Of a DNA stretch of 64,000 nucleotides, positions 56,201 through 63,247 are shown one piece after another. The notes under the pieces are model-generated. The model ran no database searches. It worked only from the letters and a program-made list of their open reading frames with translations, and had not been told where the DNA came from. How positions within the stretch are numbered: the first letter of the stretch is position 1; each line of letters opens with the position of its first letter. The position numbers and the translations under genes were made by a program. The DNA comes from a virus. The stretch covers positions 32,001-96,000 of the IMG/VR virus record IMGVR_UViG_3300048694_001005. The stretch is one strand, 5' to 3'.

Positions 56201-57345
56201 AGCGTAAAACTTTTGGTGCCGATTATACATTGACCGCGCTAGACGGCAGTACCTTACGTTCTGTTATTTTTAATACTGCACCTGCCATGGGCGATGTTGT
56301 GGTGTTAAGTGAGACAACAGGTGCACAATTTAGTATGATAGATGCGCAAACTATATTGATAGCAGCTAGTGTGGCGTTGACTGTAAATAGTAAAGTTCGC
56401 ATTATTAGCTATGCAGATCATGACACCAGTTTAATTAAGACTAAAGTATATTCCGGCGCCGGCGCAGCTACAATCAGTATACCACACGGGTTCGATACAA
56501 TAGGATTTGATAGTGAGGATTCAGGATTCGATTCATCCTCTTCCTTGATCATCACTACCAACAAATATCCATTGCAATACACGCATACTAACACAAATTA
56601 TGTGCTAGTTTATCAAAACGGACAGTTTTTGCAGCCCAACACAGATTGGGATTTGGCTGATAGCGGTTCGCAAGTTGAAATTCATAGAAACATTAGTGCA
56701 AGTGACATAATCATAATCACAGAATTTACTGAAAACAGTCAGGGCGGTCTAACCAGCTTTAGGATCTTTAAGAACTTACTGGATCAAACTAATTACTATG
56801 CTATCAACTATTCTGACAGTACTAAATTGTCAGCTGATTTGGGTATTTTTGACACAGAAATCAGTGTGCAAAATGCCCTAGCATTGCCCGCACCCAGCAC
56901 TGCCTATGCTAAACCCGGTGTTATATTCATAAATGGAGAACGCATAGCTTATTGGGAACGCGACACAGTAAACAACAAGCTGGGACGTATTATACGTGCC
57001 ACCGGTGGTACTGGTGCGCCTCAAGTACATGCTGCGGGGTCAGATTTGGTTAGTGCAGGCAAAAACCAGGAAATTACTAGCCTATACGACAACAGTATTG
57101 TAGCAAAATGGCAACCGCTTACTCAGTTTAAACAGGATACCTACGTATTATTTGAGGGCAGCATTTATCAAGTTACCACTACTTTCACTAGTGGAGCCTC
57201 ATTTACAACAGCCAATTTAACTTATCGTGCGCAATTTAGAGATATGGTATGGTATGATATGAATAACAAAACCTTGAGTTTAGTGGAAGCAGATACTACT
57301 CAAGCAGTATTTTTAAGACAAAAAGCGGGCTTTATTCCAACATAA
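44284..57345 (+). CDS. Giant (4353 aa) baseplate wedge-like virion protein with FG-GAP beta-propeller and CBM5/12-like modules
   Basis: Follows gp6; VNYNQYYWLP and KPYHTKIRE motifs; repeated FG.SV...LVGAP...GAVY; four W-x4-Y-x2-G-x2-V/I-x-Y motifs. Confidence 0.75.
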   Translation: MPIRTLNLLPKVFQTDHNKKFLNATLDQLTTEPNFARLNGYVGKKTSPAFIPTDNYVIEPALNRQQYQLEPSVVVKEPNKDAFIANYNDMVNAVNFAGGDNIDHNKLFANKYYSYDGLFDFDKLVNYNQYYWLPNGLDPVVVSTGDIATAAQYTITRDSVDDAYKITDYVQLNPLLVLARGGTYTFTVNQTSQFYIQAAPGTAGEYPFQTNISAREVYGVTNNGADNGTVTFVVPQRSAQDWILDLPEQDSVNYATTLNYAQIQGANFDSFINTYGGIDGVKDLNNKVIVFVNPSSNDADWYDPYTDSIIPTAKRANTFIVRVDTTGSAPTLRVEEYILVGANYKFKVLGGNDYGYRYFYKEPVHLQLELLPPVTANIDTLYYQDSTNTNMLGLIKLIDTQIDTPINVDTDIVGQKNYTSPNNVVFTNGLRVQFDTTATPPSYQLKEYYVEGVGDAIRLVPVSELIVPETWIPSAAVPWDSNKWDSQPWDPNVSLGPTQPDYFTINRASRDRNSWSRTNRWFHIDVINAVAEYNNYTPTIDKNANAKRPIIEFNYDVQLYNSGSVFKQAINAFDTVTTDAFSHVEGSSGYAIDGITLTNGMFVVFAAETDENVRNKVYKVNIVDPSGDGSSITHLTLVEHAQVLAKEGLLVRQGTNYQGKMVWFDGTAWHTAQQKLGVNQSPLFDVFDDSGISYSDTSKYPSTTFAGNKIFSYRPGNGKNDINLGLALTYKSIANIGDIVFDNNLDAESFAYTLDNTVKTIQLFDGKLHVNNSLTNYTQKTVWTPVFEDSKQFQHLEYLAEQGQTEFLVYSFGDPSNYVNNFKLFVNNKFVNSDNYVFETIHDRAYIILTSALSLNDKVDIFVYASTQTIPNAYYEIPKNLEVNALNAVASTFTLGQLRRHIGQIYQNSKQVTGSYLGSSNLRDLPKIKDIGGTLLQHSASVVPAALFMTHPDANLIDAINNAAREYTRFKNKVLDQALKLDLTKSLTVPQMLDEILGTINAVKTKDFAWYYSDMLAYGEDSVENVTTITIENDAQLEYDLYTKFDLTQPSRRGVCVYVNDNQLVHGIDYTFLTIRPAIALTAGTIATYDVLKIVEYNTTNGSYIPETPTKLGLWPSKSPRLYTDDTFVTETLCIEGHDGSIIPAFGDFRDDILLEFEKRIYNNLKVQWNLNKLSVFDVKSGAFRTTDYSRDQYNNILSQFFNAWASKYGLDYTTNDTFLSNNSFTWNYKKLSDRVFGELLQGGWRAIFDHFYDTMRPHTHPWEMLGFDQKPSWWQQRYGAAPYTSGNLVLWEDLRDGRIFTGDRAGIDARFARPDLLDIIPTDEYGELRPPVEIFVKAFDSRKTKISWAFGDIGPVEAAWRRSSEFAFASQAAMSVAKPAKYFGLFIDNDKYLYDAAINEFTFNGLNRRLQVSDYVLNSETVDTEIVSKASYLNWIIDRLNGQGVNGVDRIRSLIDNLTVNLTYAFAGYTGPAMLNSFAEQASPNSVGKSILVPEENQSIVIKKSVPLLKIVYSAVIIERTGTGFKVQGYDIAEPYFTIIPSLANSNSTTITVMGNTATVYNDYDAVKTTIPYGTEFVNKQQVVDFLISYNRYLVSQGIRFNEYEGDLGANRDFILSAQEFLNWSQQGWDSQTVIVLNPLANKVFLTRPGYVVDEINGSQVGASRVLDQNFNYLRDDQFNVVRINNSFTINAVNSNLALVEMNLVQYEHAIVYDNRTIFNDVIYEPETGNRQLRIKLVGYKTREWDGSVYAPGFIYNSTNVDAWTAGVDYKAGALVEYKNQYYTALMDVAAENVFEFNKWQIIDKNKIKTGLLPNFSNLAGRSERFYDITNANFESSIDLYSKGLIGFRPRSYLTELGIDDISQVKFYQGYIREKGTNSALNALLGAKFDRFTTEIDAYENWAIRVGEFGAIDSTQVLELVLTENNFAANPSFLSLLNDGDTAESGTTGYSPNAVGDGKIVIVPKNYTKNLFLTTTDKLNVEEELLTAGYLKTTHADTFIFDLTNINADSPATLIDPIGSGHKIWVAKKNNKDWTLLRAEQTQVQVINITNALDNTLAVKTSDRHNLAINDYIVIKNFDINFNFIYRVKEILDLKTFKVDANTTLTSNLSGFNSLDGTGVLYKLSTVRFNTVSDWAAYTPREGWQTDDVAAIDHWGPNYVDWAVFKKRDIWSKNQTLDAWDASTNQNYGSSVAFVNTGDYMLVGAPAEGTGKVFVYIKDSNGQYQHLTSITQSTANLSGFGTTLTGSNADYFAVGCPTSDTNTGFVYIYKINTSLGTVSLVGSVKTGPSTGSYLGQSLSFSKDGLWLYVGAPGVNRVYIWGRSSTTFYQVGTYITPADIGAGDQFGYSVSCSTDGAQVLVGAPFNDTGSTDAGAVYIYDRSIESFVGDGSTTVYTLLRSPDTNIKLSTVEGVVQTGETYTGSGNKTVTFSTAPGNGSLIKIASNNFQLLKKLTTPVTQSQQQFGTSTVLCPFDCTAYVGAPLVDSANSVQNAGAVYRYTNMGRLYGKATGTVTNPAVTIGHGIRINDFDVVFTGTSLTSVVNDINNKAIPGIGASAVNNQLYIECDIVLVADKLRILPGSGTALTDLGLDVFKNTQTISNPNPIADDQFGTVLAISDDALKLAIGSALETSIETTSFDGNTTTFDLGSLKFVDQVGQSGAVLVYEYVSDRIDNDSSPGSFILDRYLEPGNLQLANKFGSSVAMNGSYIAVGAIGDDKFGSNYGAMYVFAAAKSTAWYVDGQAVPRVNTDAINRLFLYDSVTHTKLVDLELIDPVKVKVPGNAISQIDFVEDLDPAVYGDTAASINEIWGSMQVGKVWWNTDKVRYLDYEQGDFQYRSTHWGDTFPGSEIEICEWTRSSVLPSSYVAVNGNNFDGYPVFGDARVVTETRTDAATGLTMTNYYYWVRRKTTVNTNSGRTLTISAVEDLITDPKAQGLAYAVVLSNNSIGLYNTATYLNASNTLLHVDYDVQLNTDVIHAEYDLVQENNPRSRPADSLLSKLIDSLSGQDAMGKEVPDTNLYGTLKYGIENRPRQGMFVNRLTALKVMLLKVNEIFSSYKLVEIYDTDRLKIAEPAPSAVSGAWDESVANLTELSYINTSTLTPGYKVLVENDSNYYNGWSIHTYSGGWSVTSHQSYNLNRFWQYVDYVASSYDASKLPKYTVENKYDLLKNQYVLNDTVKIMDNGSGRYEIIKYVNDDTGNLITETLVLENGTVNFTNELYTQALVNDGSTLSQTYSKELRNLFELLFNDLFTNELEKHVNELFFVAIRYILREQKNVDWLFKTSLIDIKHYFRKLEQQSVYLKDNQTFLLDYITETKPYHTKIREYLINYTGLDDWAGDPSDFDLPAYYDGDLSVFRSPSGEKSTDANKLETDLHYRMWNLNHGYGVDSVMIENAGVNYLVAPDINIIAATGDTGSGAKAYALVSGGKLREIIVTDPGKNYTKTPTVEVVANDSGTSGKLYAQLGNKTIRKWNTTIRFDRYTYGTAVLTWAASTYYLQGQYIAHNHVLYKVEVADGSSAGFTSSTTFDTDNLVKISNQDLAALMDGDFGSANDRITAYYQPRDGMPGQDLAQVQTGIDYPGVIVDAQNFTDLPTNYPTIASGLDDTVITSQFTDTDLGTRAEDILVDGKAFIDVYSSHAPQELIPGRMYDTLNMQVHTVPRTDYNYIIKTWAAYSYYAKGDYIKYGTQLYQALFAYTTGAAFSIYGPDGSTIALTARDPLTAGAGPEITNLSFTADGTTTQFSFREVGHSDDVLFVYTKNRGLQKENTDFTVNYNDKSINFAIAPLANETVFISVQSHGGNFLLYDKTYQILAATTQIILPTYDNLVQDLLVFVNGQRVFEGTASNQFTHAVSNNLYNIQFNTALVSGDYVHVYVYSQPQTYREIHNTYQSFDTLPSVSYPTDYTITLDRPLKTSGPYHANIIVLVNNNRLRTPENTYLTGDGSTITFTPNYVADINGATVDGNDIEVYVNGQRKTFGADYTLTALDGSTLRSVIFNTAPAMGDVVVLSETTGAQFSMIDAQTILIAASVALTVNSKVRIISYADHDTSLIKTKVYSGAGAATISIPHGFDTIGFDSEDSGFDSSSSLIITTNKYPLQYTHTNTNYVLVYQNGQFLQPNTDWDLADSGSQVEIHRNISASDIIIITEFTENSQGGLTSFRIFKNLLDQTNYYAINYSDSTKLSADLGIFDTEISVQNALALPAPSTAYAKPGVIFINGERIAYWERDTVNNKLGRIIRATGGTGAPQVHAAGSDLVSAGKNQEITSLYDNSIVAKWQPLTQFKQDTYVLFEGSIYQVTTTFTSGASFTTANLTYRAQFRDMVWYDMNNKTLSLVEADTTQAVFLRQKAGFIPT

Positions 57346-57347
57346 AT

Positions 57348-58019
57348 ATGACTATGAATCAGGACGAAAACATGACTTTACAAACTCAAACCAATAATCC
57401 CAAGCCAGACGACATGGGATCAGTGCTATTGCAGGGGCATATTAAGATATTTGATCCTGAAACCCAAGAAGTCTTTGTGGACAAGTCTAATGCAATACAT
57501 TATGAAAATTTTAGTCAAGCATTAGCTCTAAGTGTGGGAAATAAAGCTACAGGATTTATACATGAAATGCACTTTGGTAATGGCGGCACAAGCGTAGATG
57601 CCACAGGCATTATTACATATTTGCCGCCCAATACAACAGGTGCCAACAGTCAATTATACAATCCCACTTATTATAAAGTTGTAGATGACAACAGCAATTT
57701 GAATACGGATCCGGTGCGTAACAATATAACCATACGACATATAGCTGGTAAATTATACACTGATATACTAATTACATGTTTGTTGGATTATGGTGAACCC
57801 AGTGGACAAGCGGCATTTGACAATGCTACTGACTTAAACAGCGATTATGTGTTTGATGAATTGGGTCTAAAGTCCTGGGAAGGCACCGAAGTTGGCGTGG
57901 GTAACGGCAAATTACTAACCCATGTTGTTTTCCACCCAGTGCAAAAAAGTCTAAACAGATTAATTCAAATTGAATACACCATTCGGGTACAGACCCTGAC
58001 CCAACTTATTTCTGGATAA
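57348..58019 (+). CDS. Virion (baseplate) structural protein
   Basis: GHIKIFDP...NAIHYEN...FGNGG...FDELGL...THV.FHPVQKSLNR.I.I.YT.R; TAAATA abuts the first ATG, so the true start may be a downstream Met. Confidence 0.7.
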   Translation: MTMNQDENMTLQTQTNNPKPDDMGSVLLQGHIKIFDPETQEVFVDKSNAIHYENFSQALALSVGNKATGFIHEMHFGNGGTSVDATGIITYLPPNTTGANSQLYNPTYYKVVDDNSNLNTDPVRNNITIRHIAGKLYTDILITCLLDYGEPSGQAAFDNATDLNSDYVFDELGLKSWEGTEVGVGNGKLLTHVVFHPVQKSLNRLIQIEYTIRVQTLTQLISG

Positions 58020-58021
58020 CT

Positions 58022-58783
58022 ATGAATTACATAGATAAGATTATAGGAATTGCGCATCTGGGCAAATATACCAAGTGGTACTGCTCAATAATATCAAAAG
58101 CGCAAAGTAGAGCAAAAACTCGAAAAGCAGCAAAAAAATTGCTTGGTTATACAGAACGCCACCACATTCTTCCCAAGTCTTTCAAATTGGGCGGAGAAAA
58201 GGATAAAATGAATTATGCATACTTGTCTGCAGACGAGCATTTTTTGTGCCATTTATTATTGACAAAAATGTTTGATGGTGAGTTCAAAATTAAAATGTGT
58301 TTTGCATTGCATTCTATGCGTAGGATTTTGGGGCGCAATGGAAAACTTAAACTAACAAGTTGGGAATATAAAAAACTTAAAGAAGCCAATGCTTATGCAA
58401 GGAGCAAATCATCAAGTGGGATGAAAGGTAAAAAACATCGACCTGATTCAATTGAAAAAATGCGTGAAAATGCATATATGGGATTACTTGGTAAACCGGC
58501 ATGGAATCGAGGAAAAAAAGAAGCTGTAGAAAAAAAGAAAAAGAGAATGGAATCTCTTAAAAAATATAGGGAAGGACATCCTGAATGGAAGGAACAACTT
58601 CGAGACGCCAGCCGCATAGGAGAGCCCAATAGACTTTTGGCGATACAAAAACGAACACAGGTTGATGGAAGAATATATGAATCCGCGACAAAAGCGGCCG
58701 CAGCCCTTGGCCTTAAAAAAATAACGCTTATTAAGCGGGTGTTAAGTAAAAATTTTCCCGAATATAAGTACATAGAGGAATAA
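58022..58783 (+). mobile_element. HNH homing endonuclease with NUMOD3 motif
   Basis: ERHHILPKS..LGG...NYAYL...EHFLCHLLL; GMKGKKH and AWNRG; IYESATKAAAALG HTH. Confidence 0.85.
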
Positions 58784-58786
58784 ACT

Positions 58787-60433
58787 ATGCCATATACCAT
58801 TAATAAAAGTAACGGAAATGTACAAACGGTTATAGCCGATGGTGATGTGGATACTACCACTAGTTTAAGTTTACTGGGTAAAAATTTTGCAGCATATGGC
58901 GACGAAATCGCCACAAATTTTTTGCACATGCTGGAAAATTTTAGCAATACATCTGCACCCAGTAATCCTATAAAGGGGCAACTTTGGTACAAATCCGATA
59001 CTAATTCATTACGTGTATATACTGGCACAAATTGGCAAGACTTGGCCAAGATGACGGTAAGTGGTTCGCAGCCAGGAACTGGTACAAATGGTGATTTATG
59101 GTGGGATAATCTAAATTTTCAATTGTATGGTTACAATGGCACAGGTTGGACATTAGTAGGACCAGCTGCACCCGGAGCGTTAGGCAAAACTGGTCAATTT
59201 GCCTATTCGGTACCAGATTACGGAGTAGTACCTACTGCTAATCACACTATTATTAAGGAATACATAGGCGGTAATTTAGTAGCAGTATACAGCAAAGATC
59301 CAGTAGCTTGGCAACCAAACTATGGCAATGTAAATGCAACAGACATGATAACTGGGTTTAGTTTAGTACAGCCCGGTATTAATCTAGCTACAGACATAGG
59401 TAATATTCAGTTTAATGGTACCGCAGCAAATGCAACAAAGTTTGGTAGCTTACTCACCACCGACTTTTTGAGAGCAAATATAGCAGCAACAACTACCGGC
59501 ACACTTACAGTGCAAACAGATGCGGGATTTGTAGTTGGTGCAGGTAATGATTTATTATTAGATATTACCGGTGGTCAGGATGTAAGAATAAAAAATCAAA
59601 CAACCAATGGACACATGGCGCTGTCTGTTACAGGAACTGGTAATTTATCCCTGTTAGTTGGAACTGGACAAATATTAGCTCCTTCAGGTTACACAGTGAC
59701 AGATACTTGGAGTTTAGCCACCAAGTCATATGTTGATAGTGCGGTAATTGCAGCAAATACTAGTGTAGGTAATTTAGTTCTGTATAAAGACGGTACTAAT
59801 TATATTGAGGGTAATATTGCCGCTGCCAATGGTAATACAAATACATTCACGTTGGGTACCAGTAGTGCTACGTTTAAAAACATTTATTCTACCAGTTTTA
59901 CAGGTAATTTAAGCGGCAATGTTACAGGCGCAACGACTACACTTACTGGTAATTTAACCGCAGCTAATGTGACAGCTAATAATGCCGTTACTGCTTCAAC
60001 TTTAACGGTTAACGGTGCAACATCAGTTGGTGGACATATAAATCCCACCATAACCGGAATTTATGATATAGGTAATGTTGGCGCATTTAGAAATATCAAC
60101 GCAAGTAACGTAAATGTGACTACGGTTACTGCTACTACATTAAATGGCACTACTATAACAGGTGCTTCACTCATTGGCTCTATTTTAAGATTATCTGGAG
60201 CAACGTCTGGTAATGTTGGATTACAAGCATCGGCGGTGGCTGGATCTGCAGTTTATACTTTGCCAAGTGCTGATGGAAGTTCAGGTCAAACATTGACTAC
60301 AAATGGTAGTGGGATATTATCATGGACAACTATTATAGGACCGACTTCTAATGGTTATGGAACTAGATATGTAAGTACAAGTGCACCTTCTGGTGGAAGT
60401 GATGGAGATGTTTGGTACCAGGTAGCTTCTTAA
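58787..60433 (+). CDS. Tail fibre protein 1
   Basis: N-terminal TTSLSLLGKNF..YG....NFLHMLENFS...P.NPI.GQLWY anchor; T/G/N-rich shaft; C-terminal AP.GG.DGDVWYQ. Confidence 0.8.
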   Translation: MPYTINKSNGNVQTVIADGDVDTTTSLSLLGKNFAAYGDEIATNFLHMLENFSNTSAPSNPIKGQLWYKSDTNSLRVYTGTNWQDLAKMTVSGSQPGTGTNGDLWWDNLNFQLYGYNGTGWTLVGPAAPGALGKTGQFAYSVPDYGVVPTANHTIIKEYIGGNLVAVYSKDPVAWQPNYGNVNATDMITGFSLVQPGINLATDIGNIQFNGTAANATKFGSLLTTDFLRANIAATTTGTLTVQTDAGFVVGAGNDLLLDITGGQDVRIKNQTTNGHMALSVTGTGNLSLLVGTGQILAPSGYTVTDTWSLATKSYVDSAVIAANTSVGNLVLYKDGTNYIEGNIAAANGNTNTFTLGTSSATFKNIYSTSFTGNLSGNVTGATTTLTGNLTAANVTANNAVTASTLTVNGATSVGGHINPTITGIYDIGNVGAFRNINASNVNVTTVTATTLNGTTITGASLIGSILRLSGATSGNVGLQASAVAGSAVYTLPSADGSSGQTLTTNGSGILSWTTIIGPTSNGYGTRYVSTSAPSGGSDGDVWYQVAS

Positions 60434-60434
60434 T

Positions 60435-61370
60435 ATGGCACGCAACTTCTATGTAAAACATGCTGGTGTTTGGAAGCCAATTTCTGTACCATACATTAAA
60501 CAAAGTGGTGTTTGGAAAACTCCCACAGCAGTTTTTATTAAAAACAGTGGTAGTTGGAAACAGGTGTGGCCTAGTGTAGTTACTGTGGAATATCTCATTG
60601 TTGGTGGTGGTGGCGGCGGATCTGGCGCATGGGGAGGCGGTGGTGGTGCTGGTGGTTTATTGACGAATGTGGGCGGCTCGCTGCTTCAGGTTCCCACAGG
60701 TTCCCCAATAGCTGTCACTGTGGGGGCAGGATCAATTGGCGACGCTGGAAATTCAACATTTTACAATTTATCTGCTTATGGTGGCGGTGGTAGTGTTCAA
60801 GCTGCTGGTCAGCATGGTGGAGATGGCGGCTCTGGGGGTGGTGCATTATATCAAGCATACAGAGCTGGTTATGGCGTATATCCAGGAAGTCCATATAAAA
60901 GTGAGCCTAGACAGGGATACGATGGTTACTTTTCTGCTTGGGGCGGTGGAGGTGGTGGCGCTGGTGGCGCTAGTACCGGATATGATGGTGGTCCTGGCAT
61001 AGCTTCAGCAATCACAGGAACTTCGGTCATGTATGCAGCGGGCGGCGGCAGCGGAGCTTATGTTGGTATTCTTGGAGATCATAGTGCTGACTATGGCGTT
61101 GGTGGATCCGGTATAGGCGGCAACGGCGGAGGTTATGGTAGACCTCCAACTACAGGTGCTGCAAATACAGGTTCCGGTGGTGGAGGGGGATATTTCTACT
61201 ATAACAATTATTCCGGAGCATCAGGTGCTGATGGTGTAGTAATAGTTAGATACCCAGATACTTATCCAAACGCAATCTCAACTACGGGATCTCCTGCATT
61301 CAGCACTATTCCAGGATACAAAATTTATAAATGGACTAATGTAGGTTCCTGGACAATTACGTTTGGATAA
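60435..61370 (+). CDS. Glycine-rich adhesin-like protein 1
   Basis: N-terminal triple [GS]-[VS]-W-K repeat; many polyglycine runs; GSG.V/GADGVVIVRY terminus. Confidence 0.7.
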   Translation: MARNFYVKHAGVWKPISVPYIKQSGVWKTPTAVFIKNSGSWKQVWPSVVTVEYLIVGGGGGGSGAWGGGGGAGGLLTNVGGSLLQVPTGSPIAVTVGAGSIGDAGNSTFYNLSAYGGGGSVQAAGQHGGDGGSGGGALYQAYRAGYGVYPGSPYKSEPRQGYDGYFSAWGGGGGGAGGASTGYDGGPGIASAITGTSVMYAAGGGSGAYVGILGDHSADYGVGGSGIGGNGGGYGRPPTTGAANTGSGGGGGYFYYNNYSGASGADGVVIVRYPDTYPNAISTTGSPAFSTIPGYKIYKWTNVGSWTITFG

Positions 61371-61405
61371 CAATGTTGGGCATCAAATTTTAAATATTGT
61401 TTAGT

Positions 61406-61413
61406 TATAAATA
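61406..61413 (+). promoter_or_regulatory. Late promoter TATAAATA
   Basis: Perfect consensus before tail fibre 2. Confidence 0.75.
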
Positions 61414-61437
61414 CATTAGATAAAAGGATTAGCAACA

Positions 61438-63246
61438 ATGAGTTATACTATTACAAAAACAGCGGGTGGAACAGTAGCCACTGTAACTGATGGCAGCCTA
61501 GATACTACTACGCTAGATATCGCGCTGATTGGTAAAAATTACACGAATTATGGACAAAGTTTGAATGAAAACTTTGTCAAAATGCTGGAAAATTTTGCAA
61601 ATACCACACAACCCAGTCAACCTATGACGGGTCAGTTTTGGTATGACTCCGGCAACAAACTACCTAAAGTTTACACAGGTACAGCGTGGAAAAACATTGG
61701 CAGCGCCACAGCAGATGGCTCAGCCCCAACAGGCGCAAACGTAGGTGATTTATGGTACGACACCACCAATAAACAACTTAAAACATACAATGGATCGGGC
61801 TGGGATCTAATAGGACCTGACTGGACCGGTGATTTGGGACTATATTCTGCTGGTTATAGATTTGGTCAGGAAGTAGCTAAGGTATCTGACGGTGTAACAA
61901 CACACGCAGTGGTTAACATTAATGCTGGCGGTCAAGTAGTAGCTATTTTCAGTGGAGATGCCGCATTTACTCCCAGCCCAGCTATCACCGGATTTGCAAC
62001 TATAGAGCCGGGTCTCAACCTAAACAGCACACTTAATGCAAAAGTTGCAAACGCTGATTTATTGGATGGATTAGACAGCACGCAATTTATGCGATCTGAT
62101 ACTAATACAGGTACAAGCGGAAATTTAGCCATCACCAATGCTACCGCAAGTACAAGTTCTAGCACAGGTGCATTAAAAGTTTCCGGTGGCGCTGGCGTAT
62201 CTGGCAACGTTTATGCTGGTGGCAATATTGTTGCAACCGGCAACTTGACTGGAACTAATATTTCTGGAACATTGAGCACCGCAGCGCAACCTAACGTCAC
62301 TAGCGTTGGTACGTTGACAGGTCTTACCGTAAGCGGAACCGCCACTGCAACCACACTAGCGGGAACATTAAGTACCGCAGCGCAGCCAAACGTCACTAGC
62401 CTGGGTACGCTAACTTCGCTTGCAGTAACTGGTAACGTAGCAGCTGGTAATTTAAGTGGTACAAGTATTGTTGGTACTCTTACAACTGCGGCGCAGACAA
62501 ATATCACAAGTCTAGGCACACTATCATCCTTGACAGTATCGGGCAACATAGCTTCTGGAAATTTAAGTGCGGGTATAGTAACTTCTGCTTCTGGTACGTT
62601 GACATTAACTCCTGCAACGACACTGCAAATTACAAAGAGCACTAGCATCACTGATACCACAGATGCAGCCAGTTTATCAACAGGTGCATTGGTAGTTTCG
62701 GGAGGTGTAGCGGTTCAGGGTAAATTACGTGCTAATATTGGTTTGTATACAGATAACTTATATTATGCAAATGGTGTTGCTTATGGATCCAGTAGCGGCA
62801 CAGTTAATAGTGGTACAGCAAACAGACTAGCATATTATGTTTCTACTGGTGCAGCAGTATCACAGACCCCTACCAATTTAACTTATGATGGTACAACTTT
62901 GCGAGCAGGATATCTTGCAGCAAATGTGGGGTACTCACCAACTTTAGCGTTGACTTATGGTTCCACTATTAACTGGAATACGGCTAATGGCCAAACCGCT
63001 CGCGTAACCTTAACAGGTAACGCGACTATGGCAACGCCAACTAATTTATTGGATGGCGGTTTCTACACAGTTATGGTAATACAGGATAGTACTGGCAATA
63101 GAACTTTAAGTTGGAGTGCAAATTATAAATGGATTGGCGGAAGTTCTCCTGACTTATCAACGACGGCGGGAGCGGTTGATTTCTTTAGTTTCTTTAGTGA
63201 TGGCACATATATGTATGAGCAAGGCAGAGCACAGGAAGTAGCATAA
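61438..63246 (+). CDS. Tail fibre protein 2
   Basis: Same anchor domain as fibre 1 (LIGKNY..YG..LNENFVKMLENFA); C-terminal ARVTLTGNAT...QDSTGNRTLSW...LST.AGAVD. Confidence 0.8.
   Translation: MSYTITKTAGGTVATVTDGSLDTTTLDIALIGKNYTNYGQSLNENFVKMLENFANTTQPSQPMTGQFWYDSGNKLPKVYTGTAWKNIGSATADGSAPTGANVGDLWYDTTNKQLKTYNGSGWDLIGPDWTGDLGLYSAGYRFGQEVAKVSDGVTTHAVVNINAGGQVVAIFSGDAAFTPSPAITGFATIEPGLNLNSTLNAKVANADLLDGLDSTQFMRSDTNTGTSGNLAITNATASTSSSTGALKVSGGAGVSGNVYAGGNIVATGNLTGTNISGTLSTAAQPNVTSVGTLTGLTVSGTATATTLAGTLSTAAQPNVTSLGTLTSLAVTGNVAAGNLSGTSIVGTLTTAAQTNITSLGTLSSLTVSGNIASGNLSAGIVTSASGTLTLTPATTLQITKSTSITDTTDAASLSTGALVVSGGVAVQGKLRANIGLYTDNLYYANGVAYGSSSGTVNSGTANRLAYYVSTGAAVSQTPTNLTYDGTTLRAGYLAANVGYSPTLALTYGSTINWNTANGQTARVTLTGNATMATPTNLLDGGFYTVMVIQDSTGNRTLSWSANYKWIGGSSPDLSTTAGAVDFFSFFSDGTYMYEQGRAQEVA
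62266..62547 (+). repeat. Three degenerate coding tandem repeats in the fibre shaft
   Basis: GTL[ST]TAAQ[PT]N[VI]TS[VL]GTL at 62266, 62362 and 62473. Confidence 0.8.
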
Positions 63247-63247
63247 G

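Noticed and set aside
58393-59049. 218-aa minus-strand ORF across the HNH/fibre junction
   Set aside because: Antisense to two well-supported genes, with no motifs
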